Translations under genes and position numbers: made by a program
Shown here: one piece after another, positions 17,004 through 27,891 of the stretch
How the letters are laid out: each line of letters begins with the position of its first letter
Position numbering within the stretch: the first letter of the stretch is position 1
IMG/VR virus record: IMGVR_UViG_3300045988_134649
Strand: one strand, 5' to 3'
DNA length: 55,170 nucleotides
From: a virus
Notes under the pieces: generated by a model
What the model was told of the DNA's origin: nothing
The model's database searches: none
Seen by the model: the letters and a program-made list of their open reading frames with translations, nothing else

Positions 17004-18077
17004 TCAATATGCTACTTGCACCAAGTTGTCCTCGCCAATCATAGAACCGAGTTTACCAGTAGAATAGATATAATTCTTACGGGGTTTTCTTTCAAACCAG
17101 ATATCAAGGTCAGATATCGGGTTATCGCCTTCACAACCGTACATTAAATTGTCCGGAGAACATAGAACCGCACGGTGAGGAAGGTTCAGTTTCGTTTTAT
17201 CGTTCTGATACGCTTGAATAAATCTATCCCAAATAGAACATTTTACGACCGTAACGCCGTCATACTCTCCTACTTCAAGGCCGTCAAAAATGACCGTCCA
17301 AGGCATAATAACCTTATATTTCTCCCTCACATCACGTGACAAAGAATCACATAATGATTTTGTAGCAAAAATTGCATGTCCGGACTTCTGGAAAATACGG
17401 CTATCCGCATCTTCAAGCATCGTGTCAAACACAGATGTAGCAGCCCCCAATTCTTTCATCTTGGACTTCTGCAAAGCATAAGATGCTTCAGAGTTGGCTG
17501 ATATAACGGTATGCTGACCGGAATTCTCTGCACATATGGCAAACAGGCGTTTAAAGAAACCGTCACATGTCTTGAACAATTCTACATTCAATCCATCCGT
17601 AATTTGACCGGAACCGTCAATATTAGCGGCATCCTTGTCTCCAAACCAAGTGAAGCGCCATAACATTTTCATCATTGCTTCCGTCAGTTTTGGAAGGACA
17701 ATCCCATCCATATATTCAGTAGAAGTAAGGTCCGCAATATTGGTACCGGTCTTCAAGCAGTACTTTGCAATAGTATTCTCCAAATCCTCATAGCACATTT
17801 CCAACGGAACTTGCCAGTCGCCAATTTCCCATACTTTCTGGGCGGCAGCGATAGCCACTTTTTGATATTCAGGGTCACATCCGGCACCTGCGATACCTAC
17901 ATCCTCCATCTCACCGATGAAGCCAACTTTCTTGCCATTGGTCACTTTAGGCATGAACGTCATAAAACGCTCCATATCCTCATTTTGAAAGACTGTCAGT
18001 TCAATCAAGTCTTTCAAATCCTTCACCGCCTGATTGTCTGGCGTCAATTTTGAAAAATCTAAAATAGGCATACTCAA
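17004..18077 (-). CDS. Major capsid protein (candidate HK97-fold)
   Basis: 357 aa directly downstream of the ClpP-type prohead protease/scaffold gene. Size and position are typical. Confidence 0.7.
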   Translation of the reverse strand: MSMPILDFSKLTPDNQAVKDLKDLIELTVFQNEDMERFMTFMPKVTNGKKVGFIGEMEDVGIAGAGCDPEYQKVAIAAAQKVWEIGDWQVPLEMCYEDLENTIAKYCLKTGTNIADLTSTEYMDGIVLPKLTEAMMKMLWRFTWFGDKDAANIDGSGQITDGLNVELFKTCDGFFKRLFAICAENSGQHTVISANSEASYALQKSKMKELGAATSVFDTMLEDADSRIFQKSGHAIFATKSLCDSLSRDVREKYKVIMPWTVIFDGLEVGEYDGVTVVKCSIWDRFIQAYQNDKTKLNLPHRAVLCSPDNLMYGCEGDNPISDLDIWFERKPRKNYIYSTGKLGSMIGEDNLVQVAY

Positions 18078-18088
18078 TTCTCCTTTCT

Positions 18089-19225
18089 TTACTTTTTAGT
18101 TCTCTTCTCCCTTTCCTCTCTCAACTTTCTTTGAATAGGTGTCTCCTCTGCACTTGCTTGTGTCTCAACAGTATTCTTGAAGGATTGGGTACGCAAAGAG
18201 ACTCTATAGGTTGAACAATGTTTTGCTAGCCAATTCTCACCTCCTGCCATCTTTACAGCATTCAGTATCTTATTGTCCTCAACTGTACGGGCATTGGTTT
18301 TCAATGCCGCATTTTCCTCTTCAAGTTCTTCAATGCGCGCCTTTAAAGCTTCAATCTCCTCGTCACCGTTTGCTTCTTCCGGGTCTTTGATTTCTGTAAT
18401 CACTCCGTCTGTTACAATGATAGTCTTACCATCGGGCATAACATGCTCGCCATCGGGGGATGCCGCATCTCCCACCTGCGGTTCTCCTTCTTCACGTTCC
18501 ACCGTCAGTGTATTACCTTCGGCATCTGTCAGTTCCATAGATACTACCGGAATGTCTTCTATCTTCTGGTAGCCACATTTCGCAAGCAGTCTGTCAATGA
18601 TAGATTGCTTTACCGTTACTTGTTTCTCTTTGTTCATTTTCTCACTATTAAGTTTATAATCAGTTCCTTTTGCTGTAGTCGGTATAAGAACACCAGATAT
18701 AAATCCAAGTTGTTTTGCAACCTCACCGCCAAACCATGCCTCCTTGTTCATCTGGACCTCCAAAATGGTCGATTCAACTCCTGTCCGTTCAACATATACA
18801 GCCATCATCTTATCCTTTTCCGCTTCCAGACTTGATTTGATGGATTCTATAGTTTCAAGGTCCAATAAATCATCATATCTTGCCAAATATGGTTTGTGGA
18901 TGAGAAACTTTGCATGAGGATAAGCTTTTCTGCGTTCAAGTGGAGCAGAAAGCAAAATGATGGTAGCCATAGAAGCACATCGTCCAACAACGGTACAAGA
19001 TATTTCCTTGCCCGACGCACGTAATGCATCATAAATAGCATACCCCTCAACCGTATCACCGCCGCACGAATGGATTTCAATGTCAATTTTAGGGTCAGCC
19101 GGGTCAAGCCATGAAAGGAAGTATTGGATATCCGGAAACGAAAGCCCCTCGTCACCGGTCAAATACCAATTTTCCATTTTATCCTTATCAGCTACAATGT
19201 CCTTGTTAATGTATAATTTAGCCAT
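18089..19225 (-). CDS. ClpP-family prohead protease fused to a scaffold-like coiled coil
   Basis: Start at MAKLYINKD (ATG 19225). IHSCGGDTVEGYAIYDAL, GRCASMATIILLSA (Ser) and FLIHKP (His) match the ClpP/S14 pattern. Acidic coiled-coil C-terminus. Confidence 0.85.
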   Translation of the reverse strand: MAKLYINKDIVADKDKMENWYLTGDEGLSFPDIQYFLSWLDPADPKIDIEIHSCGGDTVEGYAIYDALRASGKEISCTVVGRCASMATIILLSAPLERRKAYPHAKFLIHKPYLARYDDLLDLETIESIKSSLEAEKDKMMAVYVERTGVESTILEVQMNKEAWFGGEVAKQLGFISGVLIPTTAKGTDYKLNSEKMNKEKQVTVKQSIIDRLLAKCGYQKIEDIPVVSMELTDAEGNTLTVEREEGEPQVGDAASPDGEHVMPDGKTIIVTDGVITEIKDPEEANGDEEIEALKARIEELEEENAALKTNARTVEDNKILNAVKMAGGENWLAKHCSTYRVSLRTQSFKNTVETQASAEETPIQRKLREEREKRTKK

Positions 19226-19355
19226 ATCACATAATTGTTTGTAACAAAGGTAGAAAACATGATACGGCTTGAAGAAAATAAGAAGTCTATTCCACTGACA
19301 CGCTTTGTCAGCAACTTTTTCAAAACAAAAAAAGAGCGGAATAATTCCGCCCCCC

Positions 19356-19589
19356 CTAAACATCCACCTTACTTGAGAACTTATCTATTATCCGATAAAT
19401 TGTCCTTTCCGCAATATTATACTCATCGGATAAATATTGCATGATATAAGTCTTTTTATGTCCCTCCTTTGACAGACGGACATATTCTTGATACACGGGA
19501 ATATATTTCACATCCCCGACATCAAGCGAAGCATCCCCCATCATTTGAAGAAGACTCTTATTCAATATCAATAGTTCATATGCTTTCAT
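19356..19589 (-). CDS. Small HTH regulator (Mor-like late activator candidate)
   Basis: C-terminal YLSDEYNIAERTIYRIIDKF is an HTH of the Mor / resolvase-HTH type. Lies between the tape-measure and head genes. Confidence 0.4.
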   Translation of the reverse strand: MKAYELLILNKSLLQMMGDASLDVGDVKYIPVYQEYVRLSKEGHKKTYIMQYLSDEYNIAERTIYRIIDKFSSKVDV

Positions 19590-22183
19590 ATACTACCAAG
19601 ATTTTCAACGTACTTAACCCTATTAGCAACAGAGGTAAACTCTTCCACAGAAACCACCGGAGCAGGCGCCATCATCATACCTTTTGCAACAGCTTTGGCC
19701 AGCATGTCCTCTCCTAACGCCTGATTGGAAGAAGCTGTTACATTAATGGGAATACCTCCTCCTATCTGATTGAAAGCCGACAATAACGGAGCAAACATCG
19801 AGGTTGCAGCAGCCGTCATTACACTTTCACCGTTGGACAACATAGCAGGTATGGAATCGCTTGTACCGGAACCTGGCCCTTCAACTTTACCTCCTTGTGC
19901 AAATTTAGCACTTTTCACCGATTTCATAGCCTTTCCCATAACAGTAGTTACAGATGCCACTACAGTACCTATCGCAGCAAGCATGTCAATCCATGTTGCA
20001 GATGAGCGGGTAGCTGTTTCTACGGCTTTGGCAATGGCTACCCCTTGTGCGATAGAAACCTCCGCAATAGCCAGTATTTTCGCCAACTGGGCCATATTCT
20101 CGTTATCTCCTGCCGCTTGTTCCAACAAATCAGAAAGATTCCCTGCCAAGACAGAAAGGGATTCACCTTTATTTTGCTGCATCTCCACTTCCTTGTCAAT
20201 GACCGCCTGCTTTGCATCCAAGTATTCTTGGTCTGCAGCAAGCTGTCTGGCCCGGAATTCGGCATCACTCTCCTCTCCCATCCGTCTCAAGCTGTCTTTC
20301 AGTTCAAGCTTCTGCTGTTCCTGCATACGAAGAAGCTCAAGTTCACTATATCCATTCAATTTAGCTTCTGCCAATTCATTATCCAATCGAAGTTTGAGTG
20401 CATCAGCTTGTTTCTTTGCTGTATCATTCTCATGTTGAACGGACAAATCATCAATCTCTTTATTGTACTTCTCCGTGACAGCAAGCTTCATCTGTTCAGT
20501 AAGCTCTTTCTGACGAAGTTCTACGTCACGTTGGACAACAAGTTGCTGTATTTTGAGTTGGTATTCCTGCTCACTTCCAGCTTTTACGGATTCAAGTTGC
20601 AGAGAGATTAGTTTCTGCCGGTTCTCCATCTCCTTCATCAGTTGTTCTTCCGATAATTGCTGTAATGCATCATTTTTTTGCTGTTCAAGTGCAATGATCT
20701 GCTGATTGAGTGCTTGGCGCATAGTTGCTGTAAGACCTATTTCAGTACGTAAACGAATGCGTAAATCCTCTATCTGACGCTCATACACTCTCTTAGTCTC
20801 AATAAATTGTTTTTCTTGGGCATCCTTGACTATCTTCAAGGCTTCATCTTCTGCTTTTCGGATTTCCTCGCGCTCTTTTTCTTTGATGGCAGCCACTTTC
20901 TCTGCCACAGCTTTCTGCACTGTGACTATTTCTCCTCTAATCGTATTCTCCTGCTCAAGTAATTCCATAGTTTTAGAGAAATACTCCTTCTCCGCATTGT
21001 ATTTTGCAGCTTCAAGTTCAGCCAACTTATCATTTGTCTCTGCATCATTTTCTGCCCATTCTGAACGCTTACGAAGAAGCTCAAACTCTCTCGTTGCCAA
21101 ATCCACATTCCGCTTTGCCTGCTCCTCTTCAAGCTTATTAGCCTGCTTTACGAAAGCAAGTCTCTCCTCTGCCGTGAACTTCTCCTTGTCTTTCGCCTGC
21201 TGGCGCAAACGTGCGACCTCCAGCTGGTCTTTAGCATTCTGTACTTGGTCCGTTCGCGCTTGTTTTGCTATGGCTGCTTCTTCCTTAGCCAGTTTGATAG
21301 CCTCTCTATTGGCATCGTTAATGTCCCTGATATACTTTCCTATGCCAGGCAATTTTTCTGCCATCTTAGCTATCCATCCAATCATCTTTGCTCCAGACTC
21401 GACAACAGATAGAATACCTCCCGCTAATCGTTGAACTATGTTCAAAAGAAAATCAAGTGACCTTGATAATGGAGCAGTAATAATGTTCCAACGATTTGAC
21501 GCTTCTTCACTGGAATTTATAGCTTTGGATACAAGCATTATCGCTGCAGCAATATTAGCAAGAATAGCAACTATCGGATTCGTCAGTAAAGCTAATAATT
21601 GCTTACTAAATCCTATAACAGCTGTTTTCCCAACATTAAAAGCTTGTTTCACTCCTCCAAGTTCTGTTTGCATTTTAATAATTGAATCAAGAAATGGGAT
21701 ATTTGATTGTGCAGCCTTTAAAATAGCAGCTTCATAGTTTCCTACATTCCGATAAAAGCGCAGCGTTTCTTCTTCCGCACCTTTCAGTTCATCGGTAATG
21801 GCATTTATCTTATCTTGCAGCTCTTTGCCTTTGACTCCCTCACGCTCTACACGACTTAATCTGTCATAAGCAGCAGTAAGATTGGAAAGCTCAGCCCGCA
21901 ACCTAACAAGGCTTCCTTCCATCTCTGTCTGCTCTTTACGTTCATTTTGAATTTGTTTATTCAATACACGGATAGATTCGGTGTATTCTTTGGCGGCTAT
22001 CTTTGTTTCTGCCATCATTAAGTTGTATTTTTCCCTCTCTATCCGCCCTTTACTCACATCCTCCTTCAACTGCTTTTCCCTTGCTTTTAATTTATCAAGT
22101 TCAGTACTGTATTCAGCTATCTTAGTAATGGCTTTATCATACCTCACTTTAATCTCTAATATTTTCTCTTCCGCATTTCCCAT
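19586..22183 (-). CDS. Tail tape measure protein
   Basis: 865 aa. Long coiled coils, hydrophobic core (VIGFSKQLLALLTNPIVAILANIAAAIMLV), C-terminal FAQGGKVEGPGSGTSDSIPAMLSNGESV motif typical of tape measure proteins. Confidence 0.85.
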   Translation of the reverse strand: MGNAEEKILEIKVRYDKAITKIAEYSTELDKLKAREKQLKEDVSKGRIEREKYNLMMAETKIAAKEYTESIRVLNKQIQNERKEQTEMEGSLVRLRAELSNLTAAYDRLSRVEREGVKGKELQDKINAITDELKGAEEETLRFYRNVGNYEAAILKAAQSNIPFLDSIIKMQTELGGVKQAFNVGKTAVIGFSKQLLALLTNPIVAILANIAAAIMLVSKAINSSEEASNRWNIITAPLSRSLDFLLNIVQRLAGGILSVVESGAKMIGWIAKMAEKLPGIGKYIRDINDANREAIKLAKEEAAIAKQARTDQVQNAKDQLEVARLRQQAKDKEKFTAEERLAFVKQANKLEEEQAKRNVDLATREFELLRKRSEWAENDAETNDKLAELEAAKYNAEKEYFSKTMELLEQENTIRGEIVTVQKAVAEKVAAIKEKEREEIRKAEDEALKIVKDAQEKQFIETKRVYERQIEDLRIRLRTEIGLTATMRQALNQQIIALEQQKNDALQQLSEEQLMKEMENRQKLISLQLESVKAGSEQEYQLKIQQLVVQRDVELRQKELTEQMKLAVTEKYNKEIDDLSVQHENDTAKKQADALKLRLDNELAEAKLNGYSELELLRMQEQQKLELKDSLRRMGEESDAEFRARQLAADQEYLDAKQAVIDKEVEMQQNKGESLSVLAGNLSDLLEQAAGDNENMAQLAKILAIAEVSIAQGVAIAKAVETATRSSATWIDMLAAIGTVVASVTTVMGKAMKSVKSAKFAQGGKVEGPGSGTSDSIPAMLSNGESVMTAAATSMFAPLLSAFNQIGGGIPINVTASSNQALGEDMLAKAVAKGMMMAPAPVVSVEEFTSVANRVKYVENLGSI

Positions 22184-22185
22184 AA

Positions 22186-24063
22186 CTACACCTCCAATTG
22201 TAACAATTTACATTCACATATTCCCGTATCTTCTGCCTTAATGGAAATAATGGCATAATATCTACCATATTGGGCCAAATAAATTGGAACAGTCATATCT
22301 AAGTCTCTCAACTCAATATCATTTATTTCTATCTTTTCTGTAATAACAATAGGCCTTCGTATGATAGATTGGTATGTTTGGTAATACATAGAAAGGAGTG
22401 TATTCCAATCAAGACCAGTAAATACCCCTTTCACACCATTATAAGCCAATAATCTTGGCTCAACTGAATTGTATTCCAAATTACCTTCCTCATCATATGA
22501 ATATATTGGTATCTTGGCTACATCCGAGAATTGGTCACTAGCAGCAAACGGCAATTCAACAACATCTCTTTCACTTTCTATCGTTTCGTTTTCTACAAAC
22601 AAATACCCATCATATTTCCCCACTACCGTATCATCCTCCTTCCATCTATAAAAATTCTTTTGAGAAAAATCATCAAGAGAATAGGCAATCGCATTAGGTT
22701 TATTATCTTTATATGTAGCAACCAGCCTACGGGTCCAATCCAACGCTTTCGCCTTATTAGACATAATTGTATCAAATGATACAAACACAAGGCCGTTACT
22801 TTCTGTGAACAAAGGGAAAGTACCTATGATTGCCGATATAGCTTTAATAAAATCAGACTGCTTTATATCTGGCAGATTAGGTATTATCCAATATCTACCA
22901 CCCAATAATATTTCTTGCTCTATATTCGTTATCTTCAACGTGCCGCTAATAGAAACGACATCAGATGGCTTGCCTATATTCTGCAAAGCAAATTTCAGAT
23001 GAGGAATAGAAGAATGTAGAGTAGAAAGCATCTCTGTTTGCCTATTCTCAAATTGAAACAAGACCTCATATACACCGTCACTTATAAAATTTACATTCAG
23101 TAATGGAATTGTAAGTACAGTACTTGTATCCAGTTCGCTACCGACTTCATTGAAGTTGTAATTATAAACTTCCAATGTAGCAGATAATGGAGCCACATTT
23201 GTATTTACTTTAACTTTAAAATTACCCGATATCTTAGGTACAGCATTTATGACTTTAGACCTATAGCCATTGTAATATCCTCCACTCACTCCGTTTCCTA
23301 TTACTGCAAGGTTTCCATAAAACGAACCAACATTTCCCATATCGTTGAAGTATATGTTTGTCTTGCCAGCCCTATCCTCTGCAACGCCCTTTAAATCAAC
23401 GGTTATAGCTTCGATTTCTGCATACTCTTCGCTTGGATTTTTTTCCAATAATGGAACAAACATGTTTTCCAATAAAGCCTCTTTGTCTTTTGGAAAAATA
23501 AAAGATATGCCGTTATCCTCTTCTATGTATTCCATGATTTGTTTTACAGACTGAACAGGATGATACCACACCATTGAATCTCCATTTCTGAAACCATAGT
23601 CAACCTTTGGATATACACGATCATTTTCTCCCCAATCTTTCCATTCAATATATTTCGGATAATATATACCTCCCACATATTCACCAGCATCCATATCTCT
23701 CAGGCTTTTTCCACTTTCAAGCATTGATGATAGTGCTGTTATATTTCCCCACGTCATGGCAATCTCAATCTTATCAGATATAGATATAAGTACAGCCTTA
23801 GCAGTTGGAATAACCTCTACCCCATTACGAAAATATCTTGCATCATGATATTTCCGAGGATAACCGGAGTCTGCAGATGGAAGCTCAGCATGCGATATGA
23901 TACGTTGATTCCTTATTGTCTTAGGTAATTTGATTGTATAACTATTATTGCTCACAATCTTACTCAAGTCTGTAAAAATATTGCTCTTGAAATTAAGTGT
24001 AATCTTGGTATTATCGTCCAAGTCTACCAACTTACCATCAATAAATAGCATGTCATTTCTCAT
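22186..24063 (-). CDS. Putative tail/baseplate structural protein (625 aa)
   Basis: Large ORF adjacent to the tape measure gene. No catalytic motif seen. Confidence 0.5.
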   Translation of the reverse strand: MRNDMLFIDGKLVDLDDNTKITLNFKSNIFTDLSKIVSNNSYTIKLPKTIRNQRIISHAELPSADSGYPRKYHDARYFRNGVEVIPTAKAVLISISDKIEIAMTWGNITALSSMLESGKSLRDMDAGEYVGGIYYPKYIEWKDWGENDRVYPKVDYGFRNGDSMVWYHPVQSVKQIMEYIEEDNGISFIFPKDKEALLENMFVPLLEKNPSEEYAEIEAITVDLKGVAEDRAGKTNIYFNDMGNVGSFYGNLAVIGNGVSGGYYNGYRSKVINAVPKISGNFKVKVNTNVAPLSATLEVYNYNFNEVGSELDTSTVLTIPLLNVNFISDGVYEVLFQFENRQTEMLSTLHSSIPHLKFALQNIGKPSDVVSISGTLKITNIEQEILLGGRYWIIPNLPDIKQSDFIKAISAIIGTFPLFTESNGLVFVSFDTIMSNKAKALDWTRRLVATYKDNKPNAIAYSLDDFSQKNFYRWKEDDTVVGKYDGYLFVENETIESERDVVELPFAASDQFSDVAKIPIYSYDEEGNLEYNSVEPRLLAYNGVKGVFTGLDWNTLLSMYYQTYQSIIRRPIVITEKIEINDIELRDLDMTVPIYLAQYGRYYAIISIKAEDTGICECKLLQLEV

Positions 24064-25157
24064 AAGCTTTGTACTCTTGTTTCTGGTAATATGATTGTTG
24101 CTACGAAATCCTGCAATACGGCTTTTGTCTTATTGAAATTACCAACAGATACATTCACCGCCTTCCAGCTATCAACTCCATTCACATTTTTACCTGCATA
24201 CATATCAACGATGGGTGACAACGCGAGTTGAAACAAGAAGTCAAACGTTTCAGAGTCCACTAAAGGAGCACACACCAACAATGTATTCTCTTCTGTTTTT
24301 CTCTGCTTACGTCCTGAACCTCCATGATAGCCATTAACATAGTTATAGTCTTGCATATTATTACGAATGAATTCACCATCATTGGCAATTTGTTTGCTCT
24401 CATCACCACGTTTAAACAACCAATAGCAATAAAAGCCATGACGATTTATCCAACGTAAATAAATTCCATCCGTGCATTCATCAACTAAAAGCCTCACATT
24501 TGCGGCCACATTCGTCAATGCGTGAAAAGTAAAGTCAAAGGTATTATCGAATACACTTGCTCCCGTACTGGTTCCAGGGAGATTCAAAACAACATCCCTA
24601 TTCGCATCAATACCCTGCAAAGTAAGATTATACACTTTGCGGTCAGACAATATGATGGACGGCAAAACTTGACCGTCAGCAGTCACACTAACAGTACCGG
24701 CCCCCGCAGTGTACATACCGACCGTAAATGGTAAGTTCCTAAACCATGTTAGAATACGGTCACCATTATATCTTTCGCCGACTTTCATTGCGCCCCAAAT
24801 AATAAAAGTATTAAACTGGAAACTTTCTCCGATAGTGCTATCAGACGTATACATATCCACTTCAACAGAGAACAGACGCCCAAGCTGACTATCTTGTGGA
24901 ATAGAGGATTGATAGTCAATCTTGCCAAACTCCGTTGCATCAAAAGCCGATTGCATATAGAAAGACAGATCAAAGAAACATGCGGTTTTAAATAATGCAC
25001 GTTTTTCCTTATATTCCTTTCCGGTAAGTACGTCGGTTATCGTTGCTTCCACCCATGCCCAAGTATATCCACTAATATTTATCACTACCGGATTGAAACA
25101 GAAAGATATTTCATCCGGATACTCGATTGTAGTATTTCCTATCTTATGCGTCCTCAT
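24060..25157 (-). CDS. Putative virion structural protein (365 aa)
   Basis: 4-nt overlap with the next gene. Sits in the virion block. Confidence 0.5.
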   Translation of the reverse strand: MRTHKIGNTTIEYPDEISFCFNPVVINISGYTWAWVEATITDVLTGKEYKEKRALFKTACFFDLSFYMQSAFDATEFGKIDYQSSIPQDSQLGRLFSVEVDMYTSDSTIGESFQFNTFIIWGAMKVGERYNGDRILTWFRNLPFTVGMYTAGAGTVSVTADGQVLPSIILSDRKVYNLTLQGIDANRDVVLNLPGTSTGASVFDNTFDFTFHALTNVAANVRLLVDECTDGIYLRWINRHGFYCYWLFKRGDESKQIANDGEFIRNNMQDYNYVNGYHGGSGRKQRKTEENTLLVCAPLVDSETFDFLFQLALSPIVDMYAGKNVNGVDSWKAVNVSVGNFNKTKAVLQDFVATIILPETRVQSL

Positions 25158-25620
25158 TACTATGCAAATTTATATGTTGTACATCGTTCAGAAAAACACC
25201 AAACACACGGTCCATAATATCCCGTATCGCTTGTGTAACACTCGTTGAATATATATCCTCATGCGTTCCAGAGTGATAAAGCCTAGTACCCTCATTTGCA
25301 ATCTTACGAGCTACGAGATAAGCAAACGATTTAGGCTTTTCTACTTGAATCCTCTTATCCACCACCCATTGCTGAATTATTTGATAAAAACCTTTTGGGA
25401 TTTTTCCCGGTCCGCGTCCTGTTTCCAGAACTCCAAAAGCCTGTCTACCGAATAAAACACCATGATTATCATCGACTACGACATGCAGGCTCTTGATGGT
25501 TCTTCCGCTTGCACGCTGTCCAGCTTGTATATGATTCTCAATGATACGCTGCCGAAGTTTATCCAACTCCTCGTTCAGTATATCTTTAACGTCCTTTCTT
25601 CTGTCTTCCATAACTAACAC
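25144..25620 (-). CDS. Hypothetical head-tail connector-region protein
   Basis: 158-aa ORF, tightly packed in the virion block. Confidence 0.45.
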   Translation of the reverse strand: MLVMEDRRKDVKDILNEELDKLRQRIIENHIQAGQRASGRTIKSLHVVVDDNHGVLFGRQAFGVLETGRGPGKIPKGFYQIIQQWVVDKRIQVEKPKSFAYLVARKIANEGTRLYHSGTHEDIYSTSVTQAIRDIMDRVFGVFLNDVQHINLHSNEDA

Positions 25621-26045
25621 ATGGGTACTCCTTGAACCTCTTTCAGTTTCAATTCTATTACTATTCCAGTAACATTTACATCCAGCTTATCATAGAAAAC
25701 GGAATAAGGGACCTCATCGCTTACCCACTCAAACAGCCCGCTCCTATTCAACTCACGGATAAATTGAACTGCATACCCTTTGCACCTCTCAATAACCTCA
25801 TCATTCTCCACCCCATCGAAATCAAATTTGGTCTTATCAGCAAATGCTATCATGCAGTTAGGAGAATCCCTTAGCTGTGTTCTTGATATGACGAATTTCC
25901 CGGATATAGGAAGCAAATTTATAATGGCCGGCAATGGCATCTTATCCAACCGGATATTGGCAGTCGCCCAGTTATCGAACAAATAGGTGACTCCTTCCAG
26001 CTTTTCTGCAACAGAAGCTATCTTCCTTTCTACACTTGTATTCAT
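25614..26045 (-). CDS. Hypothetical head-tail connector-region protein
   Basis: 143-aa ORF with a 4-nt overlap to the upstream gene. Confidence 0.45.
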   Translation of the reverse strand: MNTSVERKIASVAEKLEGVTYLFDNWATANIRLDKMPLPAIINLLPISGKFVISRTQLRDSPNCMIAFADKTKFDFDGVENDEVIERCKGYAVQFIRELNRSGLFEWVSDEVPYSVFYDKLDVNVTGIVIELKLKEVQGVPMC

Positions 26046-26578
26046 TGCTTATTCTGATATATTTCTCGTAATCGACGTTCATAACGTATTTTCTCCGCAT
26101 CCATGTCAAGACACTTGTACACTCTTACCCATGGAACACTCTCTACCTGCTCATGGTCAGTTATCCCCATACGGGTAGCATAGTAATCCACCAAGCCAAA
26201 CAACCCGAACGAAAGCTTATCCACTCCGGCACGTCTTTCTTCCGGAGTCGGTGCCACGCTTGTAGTTTCAAAGAGCTTGGTAATACGTTCAACTTCCCTA
26301 GCTATCCATGTGGAGAATCCCAAAATATCCGCTGCTTCATACTTCTCTATCTTATCAATAGACAAACCAAGGACAACACGGCATGGAACCATTATACAAT
26401 CTATTCCATTGCGTACGGATTGCAGTTCCATCAACTGACCTATGGTGAGGTCGTTCAGAGTCTCCGGAACTCTGACACCTGCGACAAAGTCCGGTTTAGG
26501 CAACTTTCCTATCTGCTCCAACAGTTCAGTAGCATTGCTCGCCACGTCACTCAATATCAAAAACTCTTTTACTGTCAT
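26042..26578 (-). CDS. Hypothetical protein downstream of terminase
   Basis: 178-aa ORF with a 4-nt overlap to TerL. Confidence 0.45.
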   Translation of the reverse strand: MTVKEFLILSDVASNATELLEQIGKLPKPDFVAGVRVPETLNDLTIGQLMELQSVRNGIDCIMVPCRVVLGLSIDKIEKYEAADILGFSTWIAREVERITKLFETTSVAPTPEERRAGVDKLSFGLFGLVDYYATRMGITDHEQVESVPWVRVYKCLDMDAEKIRYERRLREIYQNKQ

Positions 26579-27891
26579 ATCTGTCCTAATTTTGCTTTTG
26601 GTCTTTTAGGTATCGGTTTTATACGAAAAAGCATTGCCATTATCAACATGTCGAGGTAATCCGGAGAATGCCCGAGTATATCTTTCATCTTCTCCTTGCT
26701 GATTATCCCTTTCTTCCGGGTATCGGCATCTATATGGTCTTGCTTCAAGACGGACAATTCTTCCATTATGCGCTCCCTTTGCGCTTCCGTACATATAACC
26801 CTTATCTGCCGATTATTTATTAGTTCTGCAAGCTTAAATGCACATTCAGACTTCAGATTGTCGTACTCTGGATTAACAGGTCGGTTACCACCATGAAATT
26901 CTTTGATACCATTCAAATAACTTTCAAGGTAGCTTCCAAGTCCATCACTATCAACTACCATCATGCTACGTGGAATCTTCCACTGTATCATCATGTTTTT
27001 AAGGTCCGTCTCAATAGATTTACCCGTGCTATATTCCTGGTCTAACCGGATATAACACACATTACCCACCCAGTGCCCCCCGACAAAGCGGTCGCGTCCT
27101 TTCATGGCAAGGTCAGCTGCTCCCGTCGATAAACCAGCCGATATTACATGCTCATTAGTAAATAAGTCGCAAATAGCATCATAATCACAAAGTGCTGTCG
27201 GGTCGTTGTCATACTCCCAATTACCATAGTACAAGCGCTCCTTTGTCACTTTGTCCCTGGTATTACGGAGCGTATCTATGTAGTCCTCGGTAGCGTAGGG
27301 ATTATCCTGCACCAATGCTTGAATAAAAGCGTATGGGGCTTCCAGCCTGCCTTCTTTCCACGGTTTGTAGAACTCACGATAAAGCCAGTTCTTCTTCGGA
27401 TTGCAAGTGATAAGTATCTTTCCGGATATTCCATACACATCATTCAAGTGCCGTCCTATACGCGTCTTCAAAACCTCAAATGCGAGGTAGTGAACCTGCC
27501 CGGCTTCTTCAATCCACCCTCCAGTAAACTCCTTGGAGCCCAATCGCTCATACATCGGGTCTTTGACGGGATAATATGTCAAGTCAAGAAAGATGATTTC
27601 CGACCCATTCCCTAAAAGTATACCGTCATTGGTCTGCTTGTAGTCAGTGAATCGATGCCACTTTGCCACCTTGTCGAAAGTGACAGAGATAGACTCACGG
27701 CTATCTTTCAAATTATTTCGGCCAGCGAACCATCGAGTGCCCGGGAGATAGTAAGCACATTGCATAAGCCATTCACACCCAAGCCATGACTTTCCACCTC
27801 CACCAGCTCCACCATAACACAGAAATTTCGTAACATCGTCACGAAGGTAGTTATAGGCTAACCTCTGCTTTATATTGACCTTATATCCCAT
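26575..27891 (-). CDS. terL: Terminase large subunit
   Basis: Walker A CYGGAGGGKSW, size of 438 aa, 1-nt overlap with the small subunit gene. Confidence 0.85.
   Translation of the reverse strand: MGYKVNIKQRLAYNYLRDDVTKFLCYGGAGGGGKSWLGCEWLMQCAYYLPGTRWFAGRNNLKDSRESISVTFDKVAKWHRFTDYKQTNDGILLGNGSEIIFLDLTYYPVKDPMYERLGSKEFTGGWIEEAGQVHYLAFEVLKTRIGRHLNDVYGISGKILITCNPKKNWLYREFYKPWKEGRLEAPYAFIQALVQDNPYATEDYIDTLRNTRDKVTKERLYYGNWEYDNDPTALCDYDAICDLFTNEHVISAGLSTGAADLAMKGRDRFVGGHWVGNVCYIRLDQEYSTGKSIETDLKNMMIQWKIPRSMMVVDSDGLGSYLESYLNGIKEFHGGNRPVNPEYDNLKSECAFKLAELINNRQIRVICTEAQRERIMEELSVLKQDHIDADTRKKGIISKEKMKDILGHSPDYLDMLIMAMLFRIKPIPKRPKAKLGQI

Noticed and set aside
19770-21737. Long + strand ORFs (222, 188, 202 and 99 aa) antisense to the tape measure gene.
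   Set aside because: Their translations are Ser/Ala/Phe/Leu low-complexity. This is the mirror of the Glu/Lys/Ala/Gln-rich coiled coil on the coding strand. The tape measure ORF is continuous and carries family-typical motifs.
26153-26659. + strand 168-aa ORF opposite 26042..26578 and the TerL 3' end.
   Set aside because: It is antisense to two translationally coupled virion-block genes and has no supporting features.
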